DNA from: Scenedesmus sp. PABB004
Lineage: Eukaryota
NCBI GenBank assembly: GCA_014905635.1
Contig: JABVCE010000011.1
Span: 620,001-684,000 of the forward strand
Reading direction: 5' to 3'
DNA length: 64,000 nucleotides
A model generated the notes under the pieces. It did no database searches, had not been told where the DNA came from, and was given only the letters and a program-made list of their open reading frames with translations. Both the position numbers and the translations under genes were made by a program. This document shows, piece after piece, positions 35,148-47,615 of the stretch; the stretch's first letter is position 1; each line of letters begins with the position of its first letter.

Positions 35148-37621
35148 TCAGTCTGCAGCGCGCCGCCCGAGCCCCACCCCCGGTGCCCAGCGGCGGCGAC
35201 GCGGCTGCGCCGGGCGCGGCCGCCACGCCAGACGCCGCCCGGCCGCGCCCGCGGCCGCAGCCCCGCCGCCGCCGGCCGCCGCGGCGGACGGCACGTCGCG
35301 CACGCGCGGCGTGGCCTCGACCAGGTCCGACAGCGCCGCCGCGACGTCGGCCCCCGGGGGCCGCGCCGGGCCGCAGCCATCGCCGATCTGGATGCCCAGG
35401 TTTGAGAGGAAGCAGAGCCCGCGGTGCTCGCCCCGCGCCGACGCCGCCGCGCGCACGACGGCGACCAGAAGCACGAGCGCGACGAGGCAGCCGACCGCCA
35501 GCAGCGGCGCGAGGCCCCGACGGCGCCTGCGCGGCGCGGCGCGGCCCGGCGCGGCGCGTGGGCGCGCGGCGCGGGCCGCGACGGCGCGCGGGGCCCCTGG
35601 CCGGCGTGCCCGCAGCGCGCACCTGTCCAGGCGGGCGACCCACTGCTCCAGCGCGCCGCCGAGGCCGCCCTCCGCGCCCACGACGCCGAACGTCTTGCCC
35701 TGCGCGCCGGCGCCGCTGCCGAGCAGCCCCCGCGCGCCGGCCATCAGCGGCAGGCCCGCCGCGCCGCCGCCGGGGCCGGCCGCCGCGGCGCGCGCGGCGT
35801 CGGCGGCGACGCGGGCCTTGAGCGCCGCAACCTCCTCGATCATCCGCGCCTGCTCCGCGCGGTGCTGGCGGTGCGTCTGCGGCGGCGCGGCCGCGCGCCG
35901 CGCGCGCGCCGGGGGCTCGGCGGCGGGCGGGCCGCGGAGCGCGCGCCGCGGGCCCGCAGCCGCCCGCGGGCGCGAGCGCTGGGCCCAGCGTTGCAGGCCC
36001 AAGGCTGCGGGCGGGCATGGCGCTGGCCCACCTGCTCGGTGAGGTCCTTGAAGGCGTCATACTCACGCTGCACCTGCAGCCGCGCCTTGCTCGCGGCCGC
36101 GAGGTCAGCCGCGAGGTCCTGCGCAGCGCGGCGCGGCGCAGCGCGCGGCGCGCGGTCGGGGCGCGGAGCGGCGCGGCGCGGCACGGCACGCGGCGGGCCT
36201 GCGCCCAGGCGCGGGGTGCCGGCGGCGCGCAACCGCCCCGCGAGCAGCCGGGCCGTGGCCCGCCCACCTCTGTATCTTCCCTCGGGTGGCGGTGCGCCGC
36301 GGCGCGCGCGCGCGCCAGCTCCGATTCCAGCTCCGCCAGCCTCGAGCCGGCCGCTGCCTCTGCCGCCGCGACCGCCTCGGTCTGCGCCGCCGCGGCCGCC
36401 GCCTGCGCCGCCTCGACGGCGCGCTGCCTGCGCGCGGGCGGGAGGGGCGGCGCGCCGGCGTCGCGCGCTGCTGCCGCCTGCTGCTGCCACCGCCGGCGCC
36501 GCCGGCGCGGCTGGCCGCGCGCGCCGCGCCCGCGAGCACACGCACTTGTCGGACTCGTGCTCCGCCAGCTGGCGCCGCAGCTCGCCGAGCTCGGCCTCCC
36601 GCGCCGCCAGCTCCAACGCGGACCGCGTCTTCAGCTGCGACAGCTCCTGCGGCGGGGCGGCGCGCGCGCGCGTTGCAGCGGCCGCGGCGACGGCGGGCGC
36701 CGCGGCCCCGCGCGCTGCCGGCCGCCCGCATGCAGCCGCCGGCGAGCACGCGGGCCCGCCCTGACTGATCTCACCTGCAGCAGGCGCTCCAGCTCCCGCT
36801 CCTCCTCCGCCGCCGCCGCGGAGCGCCCCGCGGCGTCGGCCTCCGCCTCGGCCGCCTCGCGCTCGGCCGCGGCGGCCAGCGCGTCCTTGAGCGCGCGCTT
36901 CTGGCTGGCAAACAAGCGCCGACTCTCTTCGAGCTCCTGCGCGCGCGCGGCGGCGCGGGACGGCGGCGGGCGGTCGGGCAGCGCCGCCCTGCCGGGTGCC
37001 CGCCCGCGGCGCAGCCCCGCCGCGCCGCGTGCGCGCGGGCTCCCACACCTCGCTGCGCTGCGCGAGCGCGGCCTCCAGCTGCGCCACGCTGGCCTCCAGC
37101 GAGCGGACGAGCTGCTCGCGCGGCGCGGCCGCGGCGGCGGCGAGCTCCGCCGCGCGCGCCTCGGCCGCCTTCTCCTGGCCCGCCGGGCGGGTCGCCAGCT
37201 GCACCGTTTTCGCGGCCAGCTCCTTGCGCACCTCGGCCAGCTCCGCCTGCGCGCGCCGCGGCGGTCGGTCGGGCGGCGGCGGCAGCAGCGGGCGCGCAGC
37301 GGTTGCCCCCCGCCGCGCTCTTCGGGCACTGCCGCTGCGTGGAGCGCACCTCCAGCTGCCTCACGCGCTGCTCGGGTTCCACGTCCCCCTCCTCGGACGC
37401 GGGGAAGGCGTCGACGTCGTGGAAAAAGGCCGCGCTGTCCTGTCGCACGGCGGCAGCGGCCGCGAGCGGCGGAGGAGCGTGGGCAGCGGGCGCCGCCGAC
37501 CACCAGCTGCAGGGAGCGCCCACGAGCGGCGGCTGGCCGCGGCCGCGGCCCGTGCGCGGTGCCGCGGGCCGTGCGCTCCGCCGCCGCTGCCCGCCGCGCC
37601 CGCCGCCGCACCGCGCACCAT
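35148..37621 (-). CDS. Coiled-coil protein with one hydrophobic segment near the C-terminus (golgin-like topology); multi-exon
   Basis: Heptad-rich exons (ELEESRRLFASQKRALKDAL, LQVQREYDAFKDLTEQ) followed by RRRGLAPLLAVGCLVALVLLVAVVR. Confidence 0.6.
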
Positions 37622-38143
37622 GCTGCCGGCTCGTCGTCGCGGCGCCTCCTCCACGTCGATCAAGGCTCGGACACGAATCTCTCAGAGCTGGCGCGCCGAT
37701 CGCGCCCGGCGGCGCTGCTGCTGCGCGGACGCAGCGAGCTCGGCGCTGCCTGGCCCCAAGCAGGCTCCGCGGTGGGCTGCCCTGGGCGGCGAGCGAGTCC
37801 TTCTGGTGTGAGCGGCGGGCACGCGGCTGATCGACTGGCTGCGGTTCAGGGCACCGCCGAGCTAGAGCGCTTGCCGGGCGCAACCGCGCAACCGCCGGTG
37901 CTCACCGTCCACTTCGCGGCGGCGCCCCGCGCGATAATAGCGTGCAGAGGCGACGAGAGAGAGGGAAGACCAAATGGCGCTCGCTCAAAAGGCCAAAAAA
38001 GCGGGGCCCGCCCCCGCGCACGCGCAGCCCCGCGCCCGCGCCCGCGCCGCCCCGCGGCGCGCTGGCTCACGCCGCCGGCAGGCGCCGCCGCGCTCCCCGC
38101 GCCCCGCGCCCGCGCCCCGCGCCCCGCGCCCCGCGCCCCGCGC

Positions 38144-40311
38144 TCAGCGCTCGTCGTCGGCCGTCTCGGGCAGCAGCATGCTCGCGCCGACGCCGCCGCC
38201 GAGGAGGAGGCCGACGACGAGCAGGCTCGTGGACGTGGGGATGGTCACGTCGGCAAACTCGAGCAGCATCTTGGCGCCGATGAATCCGAGCACGAGCGCG
38301 ACGGCCTTGTCCAGGAAGCGCAGCTCCGTCATGACCGTCGACCTGCCGCGGCGTGACGTGGCGGCGATCACGTGGCGGCGACGGCGGCGGGTCAGGGCGA
38401 GGGAGGACGCGGAGGGAGTGGTGGTGGAGGAGGGAGGGAGGGCGGCGGGCGGGCGGGCGCGCGGCACGGCGCGGGCCTGCTCACACAAAGGCGTAGAGTG
38501 AGCGCAGGGACAGGATGGCAAACATGTTTGAGGTGTACACGATGAACGGGTCCAGCGTCACTGACGGCAGGTTACGTGGGGGCGTGGCGGCGCGGGGCGG
38601 CGCGGGGCGTGCGGGCGTGAGCCGGGCGCGAGCCGGGCGGCGGAGACGGTGGCGAGCGAGGGCGGCGGGTGCGGCGGCTGCAGCGGCGGCGGGCGGGCGC
38701 GGCGGCGCACCGCCAAAGACGGCGGGGATGGAGTCGACGGCGAAGACGACGTCGCTGAGCTCCACGACCGCGAGCGTGAGCAGCAGCGGCGTCGCGAGGC
38801 GCGCGCCGTCGGCGCCGGCGCTGAAAAAGTTGTCGCCGTCGTACGACCCCGTGACCTGGCGGGGCGGGGCGCGGGGACGAGGCTCGGCGCCGCGGCCGCC
38901 GCGGCTGACACGACCGCGCCCGCAGCCAGGCGCTGGCGGCGGCCCCGCCCCCCCCCCCCCCCCCCCCCCCCCCCCCGCGCGCGCGTCGGCGGCGCGGGGG
39001 CCGGGCGCGCCGCGGGTGCCGCCCCGCGGCGCACCGGCAGCAGGCGGCGGCAGATCTTGACGACCGCGTTGTCGCTGAGGTCCTCGTCGCCCTCGTCGTC
39101 GCCCAGCAGCAGGCCGTACGCGCTGTACAGCAGGATGAGCGCAAAGCTGCGCGCACCCGGGGCAGGAGGATGGGCAGGGGGCGGGGGGCGGCGCGCAGGC
39201 GGGCGTGGGCGGGCGTGCGAGAGAGGCGCGAGCTGCTGCGCCGCGCAGCGTGGAGGCCGACGCCGCCGGCGGGCGGCGCTGCAGCGGCTCGCGCTGCAGC
39301 GGCAGCTGGGGGAGGGCTCACACGATGAGCAGGGGCTCAAACTTCTGAATGAGCTCCGTGCCCAGCAGGATCATCACCGCGCGCAGCACCGCGGCGGTCA
39401 CGATGCCGTACGTCAGCACCTGAGGCGCGGCGGCGCGCCCGGCGCCTCAGCGCCGCCGCCGCGCGGCGCGCCCCGGCCGTCGCGCGCCCCGGCCGCCGCC
39501 GCCGCCGCAGCAGCTGCCGTGCATGCGCGGCGGGCGGCGAAGCCTGCGGCGCGCCTTTGGCTGGCTGCTGAGCGGCGTCTTGAAGTAGTTGAACACCAGC
39601 ACAAAGACAAAGAGGTTGTCTATCGACAGGCTCTGCTCCAGCAGGTAGCCCGCGAAGAACTCCTGCGCCTTCTCGGCGCCCTCGACGTACCTGGAGGGGA
39701 GCGCGGGGCGGGCGGGCGTGGGCGCGGGCGGGTGGAGGGGGGGGCGGTGTGCGCGCCCGGGCGCGCGGGACAGGGTGTGCGCCGGCGGCGGTGGACAGCG
39801 CGCGCGCCGCGCGCCCGCAGCCGCGCAGCCGCGTGCAACGGCGTGCCGGCGGCGCCGCCGCGTGCGCTGCCGCTCACCACACGCCCGCGCCAAACGCGAC
39901 CGCCGCGCCGACCCAGAACGCGAGCCACTCGAACCGCGCCTCCCGCGTGGGCAGCTCCGTGGCCATCGCCTTGAGCTGCGCCTCCTGCTCCTCCTGCATC
40001 GTGCTCAGCGCGTCCCCGCGCACCAGCTGCTGCGGCTGCGGCGGCGGCGAGCGCTCCTGCGCCGCCGCCGACGGCGACTGCTGCTCCGGCGGCGCGGCGC
40101 GCGCCGCGCCGCCCGCCCGCGGCGGCGGCGCCGGCGCTCCGCGCCAGGGCTGCCCCGCGGTCCGCGCTAGCTGCTCGCGCGCCCCGGCGCCGAGCTGCGG
40201 CCGGCCTGGGCGGCAGTGCTCGCGCTGCCTGGCGACCACAGCAGCGGGCGCCCGGCCGCAGGCTGCGCAGCGGCCGCCGCGCACGCCACGGGTCGCCAGC
40301 TGCGCCGCCAT
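38144..40311 (-). CDS. TERC: Thylakoid membrane protein TerC, chloroplastic
   Basis: EFFAGYLLEQSLSIDNLFVF, ELSDVVFAVDSIPAVFG, DPFIVYTSNMFAILSLRSLY; Arg/Ala-rich transit-like N-terminus. Confidence 0.92.
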
Positions 40312-40817
40312 GGCGGACCGAGGACCGCGCGCAATGCGGCGCGCACGGGCGGCGGTGCGAGGGGAGGCGGTGCGAGGGGAGGCGTGCGTGCGACTGCGCA
40401 GAGCGCCGCGTGGCGGCCGGCCGGCGGGCGATCAGGAACGGCGAGCGAGCCAGGTGTGGACACGGGAGCTCGCGCACCGCGCCGGGCGCTGTTGCGGCGA
40501 CAGGTGCTGCGCTTGCGCTGCACCCCGGCCGCCCAAATGCCGCTCCATCGCAGGACGGGCCAGGCCGCACCCCCTCGACACCGCCACTCCACGGCCGCTG
40601 CCGCAGCCGCAGCTGCATCGACCGCCGCGCCGCGCCGCGCGCGCCGCCGCAACCGCTGCTGCCGCGCCGCGCCGGGACTCCGCTGCTCTCCCGCCCGCCG
40701 GCCGCCACGCTGCTGCTTGAGCTGCTCCTGCTGGCCGCGGGCGCGCCGCTTCTCCTGCACCGCCGCGCCGCCGCCGCCGCCGCGCCGCCGGGCGGGCGAG
40801 CAGCTGCACCGCTGCTC

Positions 40818-43800
40818 ATGCGGCGCGAGGGCGCGATCGCCGGCGCGGCCGCGGGCGCCGCCGTGATGCTGGCCAGCCGCGCTGCCGGCGGCCTCGCCGC
40901 GCGCCGCGCGGTCGGCCCCAACTTTGCCTGGATGAGCAGCGAGGTGCGCGCGGCGCGGCGCGGCGCGGCGCCGCGCGGCGCGCTTTGCGCCGGCTGCCGC
41001 GCGGCCGCCGGCGTCGACGCGCACCGCGCCCGCGCCTTGCTCGCTCACAGGAGCGCAAGGTCGCGCGCACGCTCGTCGCGCACGGGCAGGGCCACCTGTT
41101 CAAGGCCTGGCCCAAGCCGGGTGCGCGGCGGCGGCCGCAGCCGACCCGGCCCGCCGCGGCGGCGACGCGGGGCCCACGGGGAGGCGCCACGCAGCGCCGC
41201 GCCTCACGCGCGGCCGGCCGCGCCGCGCGCCCGGCCCCAGGCGTGAACGACGCCGCGAAGCGCCGCCTGCTCGCCGCGGCGGCGAGCTACCTGGAGGGGT
41301 CGGGCGCGAGCCTGGAGGACGCGCGCCTGCGTGAGCGAGCGGCGGCGGCGGCGGCGCGCGCCGACCCCGCGGCGGGCCACGGCGGCGCGCGCCCACACCC
41401 CGCCCGCCGCCGCGCGCACCGCCCGCCTGCCTCCCTCTCTCTCTCTCTCTCGCGCGCGCCCCCGCAGAGGTGCTGCTGCCGCCGACGGCCGAGGCGCGGC
41501 CCAAGGCCCTGGAGGCGCACGGCGACGTGCGGGAGGATCCCTATTACTGGTGCGGCGCGGGGGTCTCAGCTCTCATCCACCACCTGAGCCTGCGGCTGCC
41601 GCCGGCACCGGCAGCAGGCCAGAGGCGCGGCCCGCCCACCGCGCGGGCGCCCGCCCGCCCGCCGCGCGGCGCCACAGGCTGCGCGACGACGCGCGCTCCG
41701 ACCCCGCGGTGCTCGCCTACCTCAAGGCGCGCCCTCAACGCGGCCGCGCGCCGCCGCCCACCGCCGCCCCGCGCCCTACCCGCCCTGCCGCCCCGCGGCA
41801 CCCCACCCCTAGCCGCCCCGCGCCCGCCTTGTCTCACGACCACGCCCCCGCCCCTCCTGCCGCCGCCGCCGGTCCGCACCGCAGGCCGAGAACGACTACA
41901 CGTCGGCTGCGCTCGCCGACACGGCGGGCTTGCAGGACGAGCTGTACCGCGAGATGCGGGGCCGCATCCAGGAGGCCGACGTCGGCGTCGCCACGCGGTG
42001 CGTGTGCGGGCGCGCGCGCCCTCCTGGGCGCGGCGCCGCGCGCGCGCCCTCGGTCACCGCTGGGCCTCCCTGACGGCCGTCGTGTGAGCCACGAGTCAAA
42101 CTTCAAACTGTCTTCATAACTCAATTCAAAACCTAAACCTCGCTCGTAACCCCCAGGTACCGCGGCTTCTACTACTACACCCGCACAGAGGAGGGCGCCC
42201 AGTACGCGCTGCACGCGCGCCGCCCCGTCGCCGCGCTCGCGGGCGTGCCGAGCGAGGCCGACGAGCCGGGTGCGGCGCGGGGGCGGCGCCCCGCGGCGGC
42301 GCGGGAGGGGCGCGCGCGCGGGAGCAGCGCCCGCAGCAGCGGCCGCGGCGGCGCGACGCCGGCGCCGCGCCCGCGCCGGCCCTCTCTGCCCGCCAGGCGG
42401 TGAGCAGGCCGAGGAGGTGCTGCTGGACGAGAACGCGCGCAAGGCGGCGGGGAAGCACAAGTTCTACATGGTGCGCGGCGCTGCCTGGGCGCCTGGCTCC
42501 TGGGCGGCTGGGCGCCTGGCTGCGTAGTCTGCTGCTGGCTGGCTGGCTGGCTGGGCGGCTGGTGGTTGCCTCGGGGCTCGCCGTCGCGAGACGCCGCCCC
42601 GCCGTGCCCGCAGGTGGGGTGCGTCGAGGCGAGCCCCGACCAGCGCCTGCTCGCGTGGAGCGAGGACACCGTGGGCGGCGAGAAGTACACGCTGCACGTC
42701 AAGGTCGGGCGCCGCGGCGGGCGCTGCGGCGGGCGGGGCGGGGCGGGACGGGGTTTGAGGGGGCGGGGCGTGCGCGGGGCCGGGCGGCGGGGCACCGCGC
42801 CGGCCGAGCCCGCCGGCTCAGCCGCGCGCGCGCGCGCTGTTCCCTCGCTTCCCCAGGAGATCGCGAGCGGCAAGGCGCTGGGCGAGCCCATCCCCATGAC
42901 CGCGGGCGACGCGGTGCGCGCGCGGGCGGCGCGCGTGCGCGGGCGGCGCGCGCGCCGCGCCCCTCCCTCCACCTCTGCGCCCCCGGCGCCTCACAACGGC
43001 ATGCGCTGCCCCCGGCATGTGTGTCACCCCAGGTGTGGGCGAATGACAACGCGACGCTCTTCTACACGGTCAAGGACCACCTCGACCGCCCCTACAAGGT
43101 GCGTGGCTGGTTGACTGACTTGATTGGCTGATGGATTGATGGATTGACTGATGGATTGACTGATGGATTGATGGGCCACGCCCCGCCGCGCCGCGCAGGT
43201 GCTGCGCCACCGCCTGGGCACGCACGCGGCGGACGACGTGGTCGTGTTTGAGGAGAAGGACGAGGTGCGAGCAGGCCGAGCGGCGGCGGCGCAGCGGCGG
43301 TGGTGTTGCCTCTGGGACGGCGTCGCACATGGATGCCGCGCGCGGGGCCGCCGCCCGACGCGCATGCGCACCGCCGCCGCCGCGCGCTGCTATTCGGCTG
43401 CGCCAGGCCTTTTACGTCGGCATCGGGCGCAGCCACAGCGACCGCCTGATCTACATCCACGTCGGCTCCGCGGTCACCAGCGAGACGCACTACCTCGCAG
43501 CGGGTGCGCGCCCGCCGCCCGCGCCGCTGCGGGCTGGCAGGCGGGCGCGAGAAGGCGAACAGGGCGCGCCCGCGCGGGCGCGCCGCGCCTGCGCCTGCGC
43601 CTCTGCTAGCTCTGACGTCCCTCTCGGCCCCGCGCGCCGGTGCCGTGCCCCCGCCGCCGCGCCGCAGACCAGCCGCTCGGGGCGTTCCGCGCCGTGCTCT
43701 CGCGCGTGCAGGACGTGGAATACGACGTCAGCCACCACCCCGGCGGCGGCGCGGGCGGCTGGTTCCTCATCACATACAGGTGACGGCGCGGCGGCGGCGG

Positions 43801-46332
43801 CGGCGCGCCAGCGGCGGCAGGGCAGCGGGGCGCTGCTGTTGAGAGGGAGAGGTGGTGCGTCGAGAGCCTTCGCCGGCGCCACAGCAGCTCACGCTGCCGC
43901 CACACGCGCGCGGCGCGCGCGTGCGCGCAGGGACCCGACCAAGCCCAACAGCGAGCTGCGCGTCGCGCCGGTCTCCGACCCGTCGCAGCAGACGGTGCGA
44001 GCGCCTCGCCGCGCCGCGCCGCGCCCTGCCCGCGCTGCGCCGCCCCCGCGCGCTGCGGCAGCTCCGCCCGAGCTGCCCGGCGCGAGCCCTCCCCGTGCGC
44101 CCCTTACGCGCCTCCCTCGCTCGCCGCAGGTGCTGCTGCCGCACCGCGCTGACGTGAAGCTGGAGGGCGCCTCGGTCGGCGAGCGCTGGCTCGTGATCAG
44201 CGAGCGCAGCCGCGCGCTCACGCGCCTCGTCCCGCACGCGCTGCCGCCGGGCGGCGCGATGCCGGCCGCGCTCGGGGACGCCGAGCCGCTCACCTTTGAC
44301 GAGCCGGCGTACGCGCTCAGCGGAGGTGCGCGGGGCCGCCATGGCAGAGGCACTCTGCCCTGCGCAGGCGTGCCAAGCTGCCCGCGTGCATGCGCGCGCC
44401 GCCGCACGCCCGGGCCTCGACCGCTCCGCCCCGCCCCGCCCCGTCCCGCCGCGGCCGCGCGCCAGGCCTGACCGGCGACTTTGAGAGCGAGGTGCTGCGC
44501 CTGCGCTACAGCAGCCTCACCACGCCGCCGAGCGTGTACGACCAGCACCTCGGCACGGGTGCGCGGGCCTGCGTCGCCGCCGTGCCGCCGCCGCGTCTGC
44601 CGCGCCGGCCCCGCGCCTGGACGCCTCGTGGTCCGCGAGCGCTCGCGCCGCTCGCCCTCCCGCGCCCACGCGCGCCGCAACCGCCTGCCGCCCGCCCGCC
44701 CAGGCAAGCGCTGCCTCAAGAAGGTCACGCCCATCCTGGGCGGCTTTGACCGGACCGACTACGAGACCCGCCGCCTCTGGGCGACCGCGCCCGACGGCAC
44801 AGAGGTCCCCGTGAGCCTCGTCTTCCGCAAGGCGCTCGCCAAGCTCGACGGCACCGACCCGCTGCTGCTCCACGGGTGCGCCCGCGCGGGCGCCGCCTCG
44901 GTCGGGTGACCCAAACACTGCGCTGCCCCGCCCTCCCCCAACGCACTCAAATCACCCGCCCACCCATCCACCGTGCCCCCCCCCCCCCCCCACACACACA
45001 CACGCCCGCCCACAGGTATGGCAGCTACGAGCACAGCTACGACCCCACGTTCAGCCGCGACCAGCTGAGCCTGCTCGACCGCGGCTGGACGGTCGCGATC
45101 GCGCACGTGCGCGGCGGCGGCGACATGGGGCGCATGTGGTGCGGGCGGCGCCCGCGGCGGGCGCGGGCCGGCGGGCGAGGGGCGGGCCGTGCCGGAACCG
45201 GCGCCCGCGCCCGCGCCCGCGCCCGCGCCACTCGCGCGCGACGCACACACCCGCACGCACGCCGTCAAGCCCCCACGCACCCATCCACCCACACACGCAC
45301 GCACACACACGCACACTCCCCACACACGCACCCACACGCCCACACACTCTCACACACTCTCACACCCACACCCACACGCACACACCACTCACAGGTATGA
45401 GGACGGCAAGTACCTGAAGAAGAAAAACTCCTTCACCGACTTTATCGCCTGCGCGGAGCACCTCGTCGCGGTGCGGGGCGGCGGGCGGAGCGGGGGGCGG
45501 AGCGGCGGCACGCTTTTGCCTGCCTAACGTCGCCGGCGGGCGGGCAAGCGGGAGGGACCGCGCGCCGCCGCCGCCGCCGCCGGTCGGCGCCCCTCCCACA
45601 CACACGCACGCACGCACGCACGCACACGCGCACACACTCAACCACGCAGGAGCGCTACACGCGGCCCGACCGCCTCACGATCGAGGGCCGCTCCGCTGGC
45701 GGTCTGCTCATGGGCGCGGTGACCAACATGCGCCCAGGCGAGTTCTCGGAGGGAGGGCCGCGCCGGGGCCGCACCAGCGCCGGCGCCGCCGCGCCGGCGC
45801 CGCCGCTCCGGCGCGCCGCGCCCGGCGCACCCCTCGGACGGCCGAGGGGAGGGCCCGAGCGCGCGCCGCCCCGGCTCACGCGCCGCGCGCGGCGCCCCCG
45901 CGCTGCTGCAGACCTGTTCAACGCCGTGATGATGGGCGTCCCCTTTGTCGACTGCCTGACGACCATGTGCGCGCCGCAGTCAGCGTTGCCAGCGCGCGCG
46001 GGATGTCGGACAACGTTGCGCGCGGCCCCACCCAGCCCTGACCCCGTGCCGCGCCCGCCGCGCCCGCGCACGCGCCCGCCCGCGCCGCCGCCTGCCTGCC
46101 GTCCGCAGGCTGGACGAGAGCATCCCTCTGACCACGATTGAGTGGGAGGTGAGTGGCGGCGGCGGGCGCCGCCGCCGGCGCGCCGCCCCGCTGGCACCGC
46201 GCGCCAGCCGCCGCGCAAGCCGCTGCGCTGCGCTCGACCTGCCGCCGCCACTGACGCCGCGCCGCCCGCCGCGCCGCCGCAGGAGTGGTGCGCGCCCGGC
46301 TGGGGCGCCCGCGGCCGCCGCGCCGGCGCTGC

Positions 46333-46366
<34 letters not shown>

Positions 46367-47303
46367 TGCCGCGCCGACTCTGCCGCCCGCCGCCGCCGAC
46401 CCGTGCGCCGCCGCCGCCTCCGCCGCCCCGGACGCCCACAGGGGCAACCCGCAGCAGGTGCGTGGCGCCGCGCGCCGCGCGCCGCTCCCTCCCCCTTGCC
46501 CAGCGCCGCCGCCGCCGCCGCCGCCGCACCACACGCCGCTCAACCAACTCGCTCACTCCCGCCGCGCTCCTTGCCGTTGCTGTGCCATCCCTATCAAACC
46601 CCTATCAAACCCCTATCAAACTCCTTGTCTCCCCCTCAGCCCGAGTACTACAGCTACATGAAGAGCTACTCGCCCGTCGACAACGTGGCGCGCCAGGAGT
46701 GAGCGCAGCGCGCGCGCGCCTCGGCGCGGCGCCGGCGCGCCGCGCCCCGCCGAGGGAGCCGCAGAGCTGCTCACGCCGCGCCGCGTGCTCTCACTTCGCT
46801 GCCTCAACCCCGCCCCGCCCCGGCCCCGCCCCGGCCCCGCCCCGGCCCCGCCGCCCCGCCCTCCCTTGCCGCCCTGCCCACCAGCTACCCACACATCCTG
46901 GTCACCGCCGGCCTGCACGACCCACGCGTCGGTGCGCACCGCCTGCCGCGCCGAACGCCACCGCCCGCCGCCGCAGCCCCCCGCGCCGCCGCCGCGGCCG
47001 CGCGCCCCCGCGCCGCGCCGGCCGCCGAGCGCGCCGCCGCGCCGCGCCCGCCGCGCAGGCTACTGGGAGCCGGCAAAGCTCGTCGCCGCGCTGCGGGCGC
47101 GCAAGACGGACGGCCGCCTGCTGTGCTTCAAGTGCGAGATGGGCGCGGGGCACTTCAGCGTGACGGGGCGCTTTGAGCGGCTGAAGGAGACGGCGTTTGA
47201 GTACGCATTCCTGCTCAAGACGGCGGGCCTCGCGGCCGCGGCGCCGCTGCCCGGCAGTGCGGCGGCGGCCGACGCGCCGGCGGCGCCGGCGGGCGGCGCG
47301 TGA
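40818..47303 (+). CDS. ptrB: Oligopeptidase B (protease 2, family S9A) with N-terminal extension; more than 20 exons
   Basis: [50 protein letters not shown]; catalytic GRSAGG, GLHDPRV and GAGHFS. Confidence 0.92.
43111..43174. repeat. Intronic AT-richer simple repeat built from GATG/GATT/GACT units
   Basis: gatggattgactgatggattga repeats seen directly. Confidence 0.8.
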
Positions 47304-47615
47304 GGCGCGGCGCGGGCGGCGCGGTGGCGCTGCGCAGCGCCACCGCATGCGGCGGCGGCGGCGAGCTGCTGGAGCTGGGCGGGTGGCGGCTGCAGATGGC
47401 GGCGTTGGACGCGTGAGGCCGCCACGACCGCCGTGCGCGCAACTGGCATGCTTACGAGCGCACACGCGAGCGGGCACCGCACACAGCCTCAACGCGCCGC
47501 CGCCTGCGCCGCCCGCGCAGCCCACCAGCGCGCACAAGCCAGACGCGAGCCGACGCCCATGCGTCCTCCTCCCACTCGTCCTTGCTGCCCAGTCGCCGTC
47601 CCCCTCTTAGTCGGA

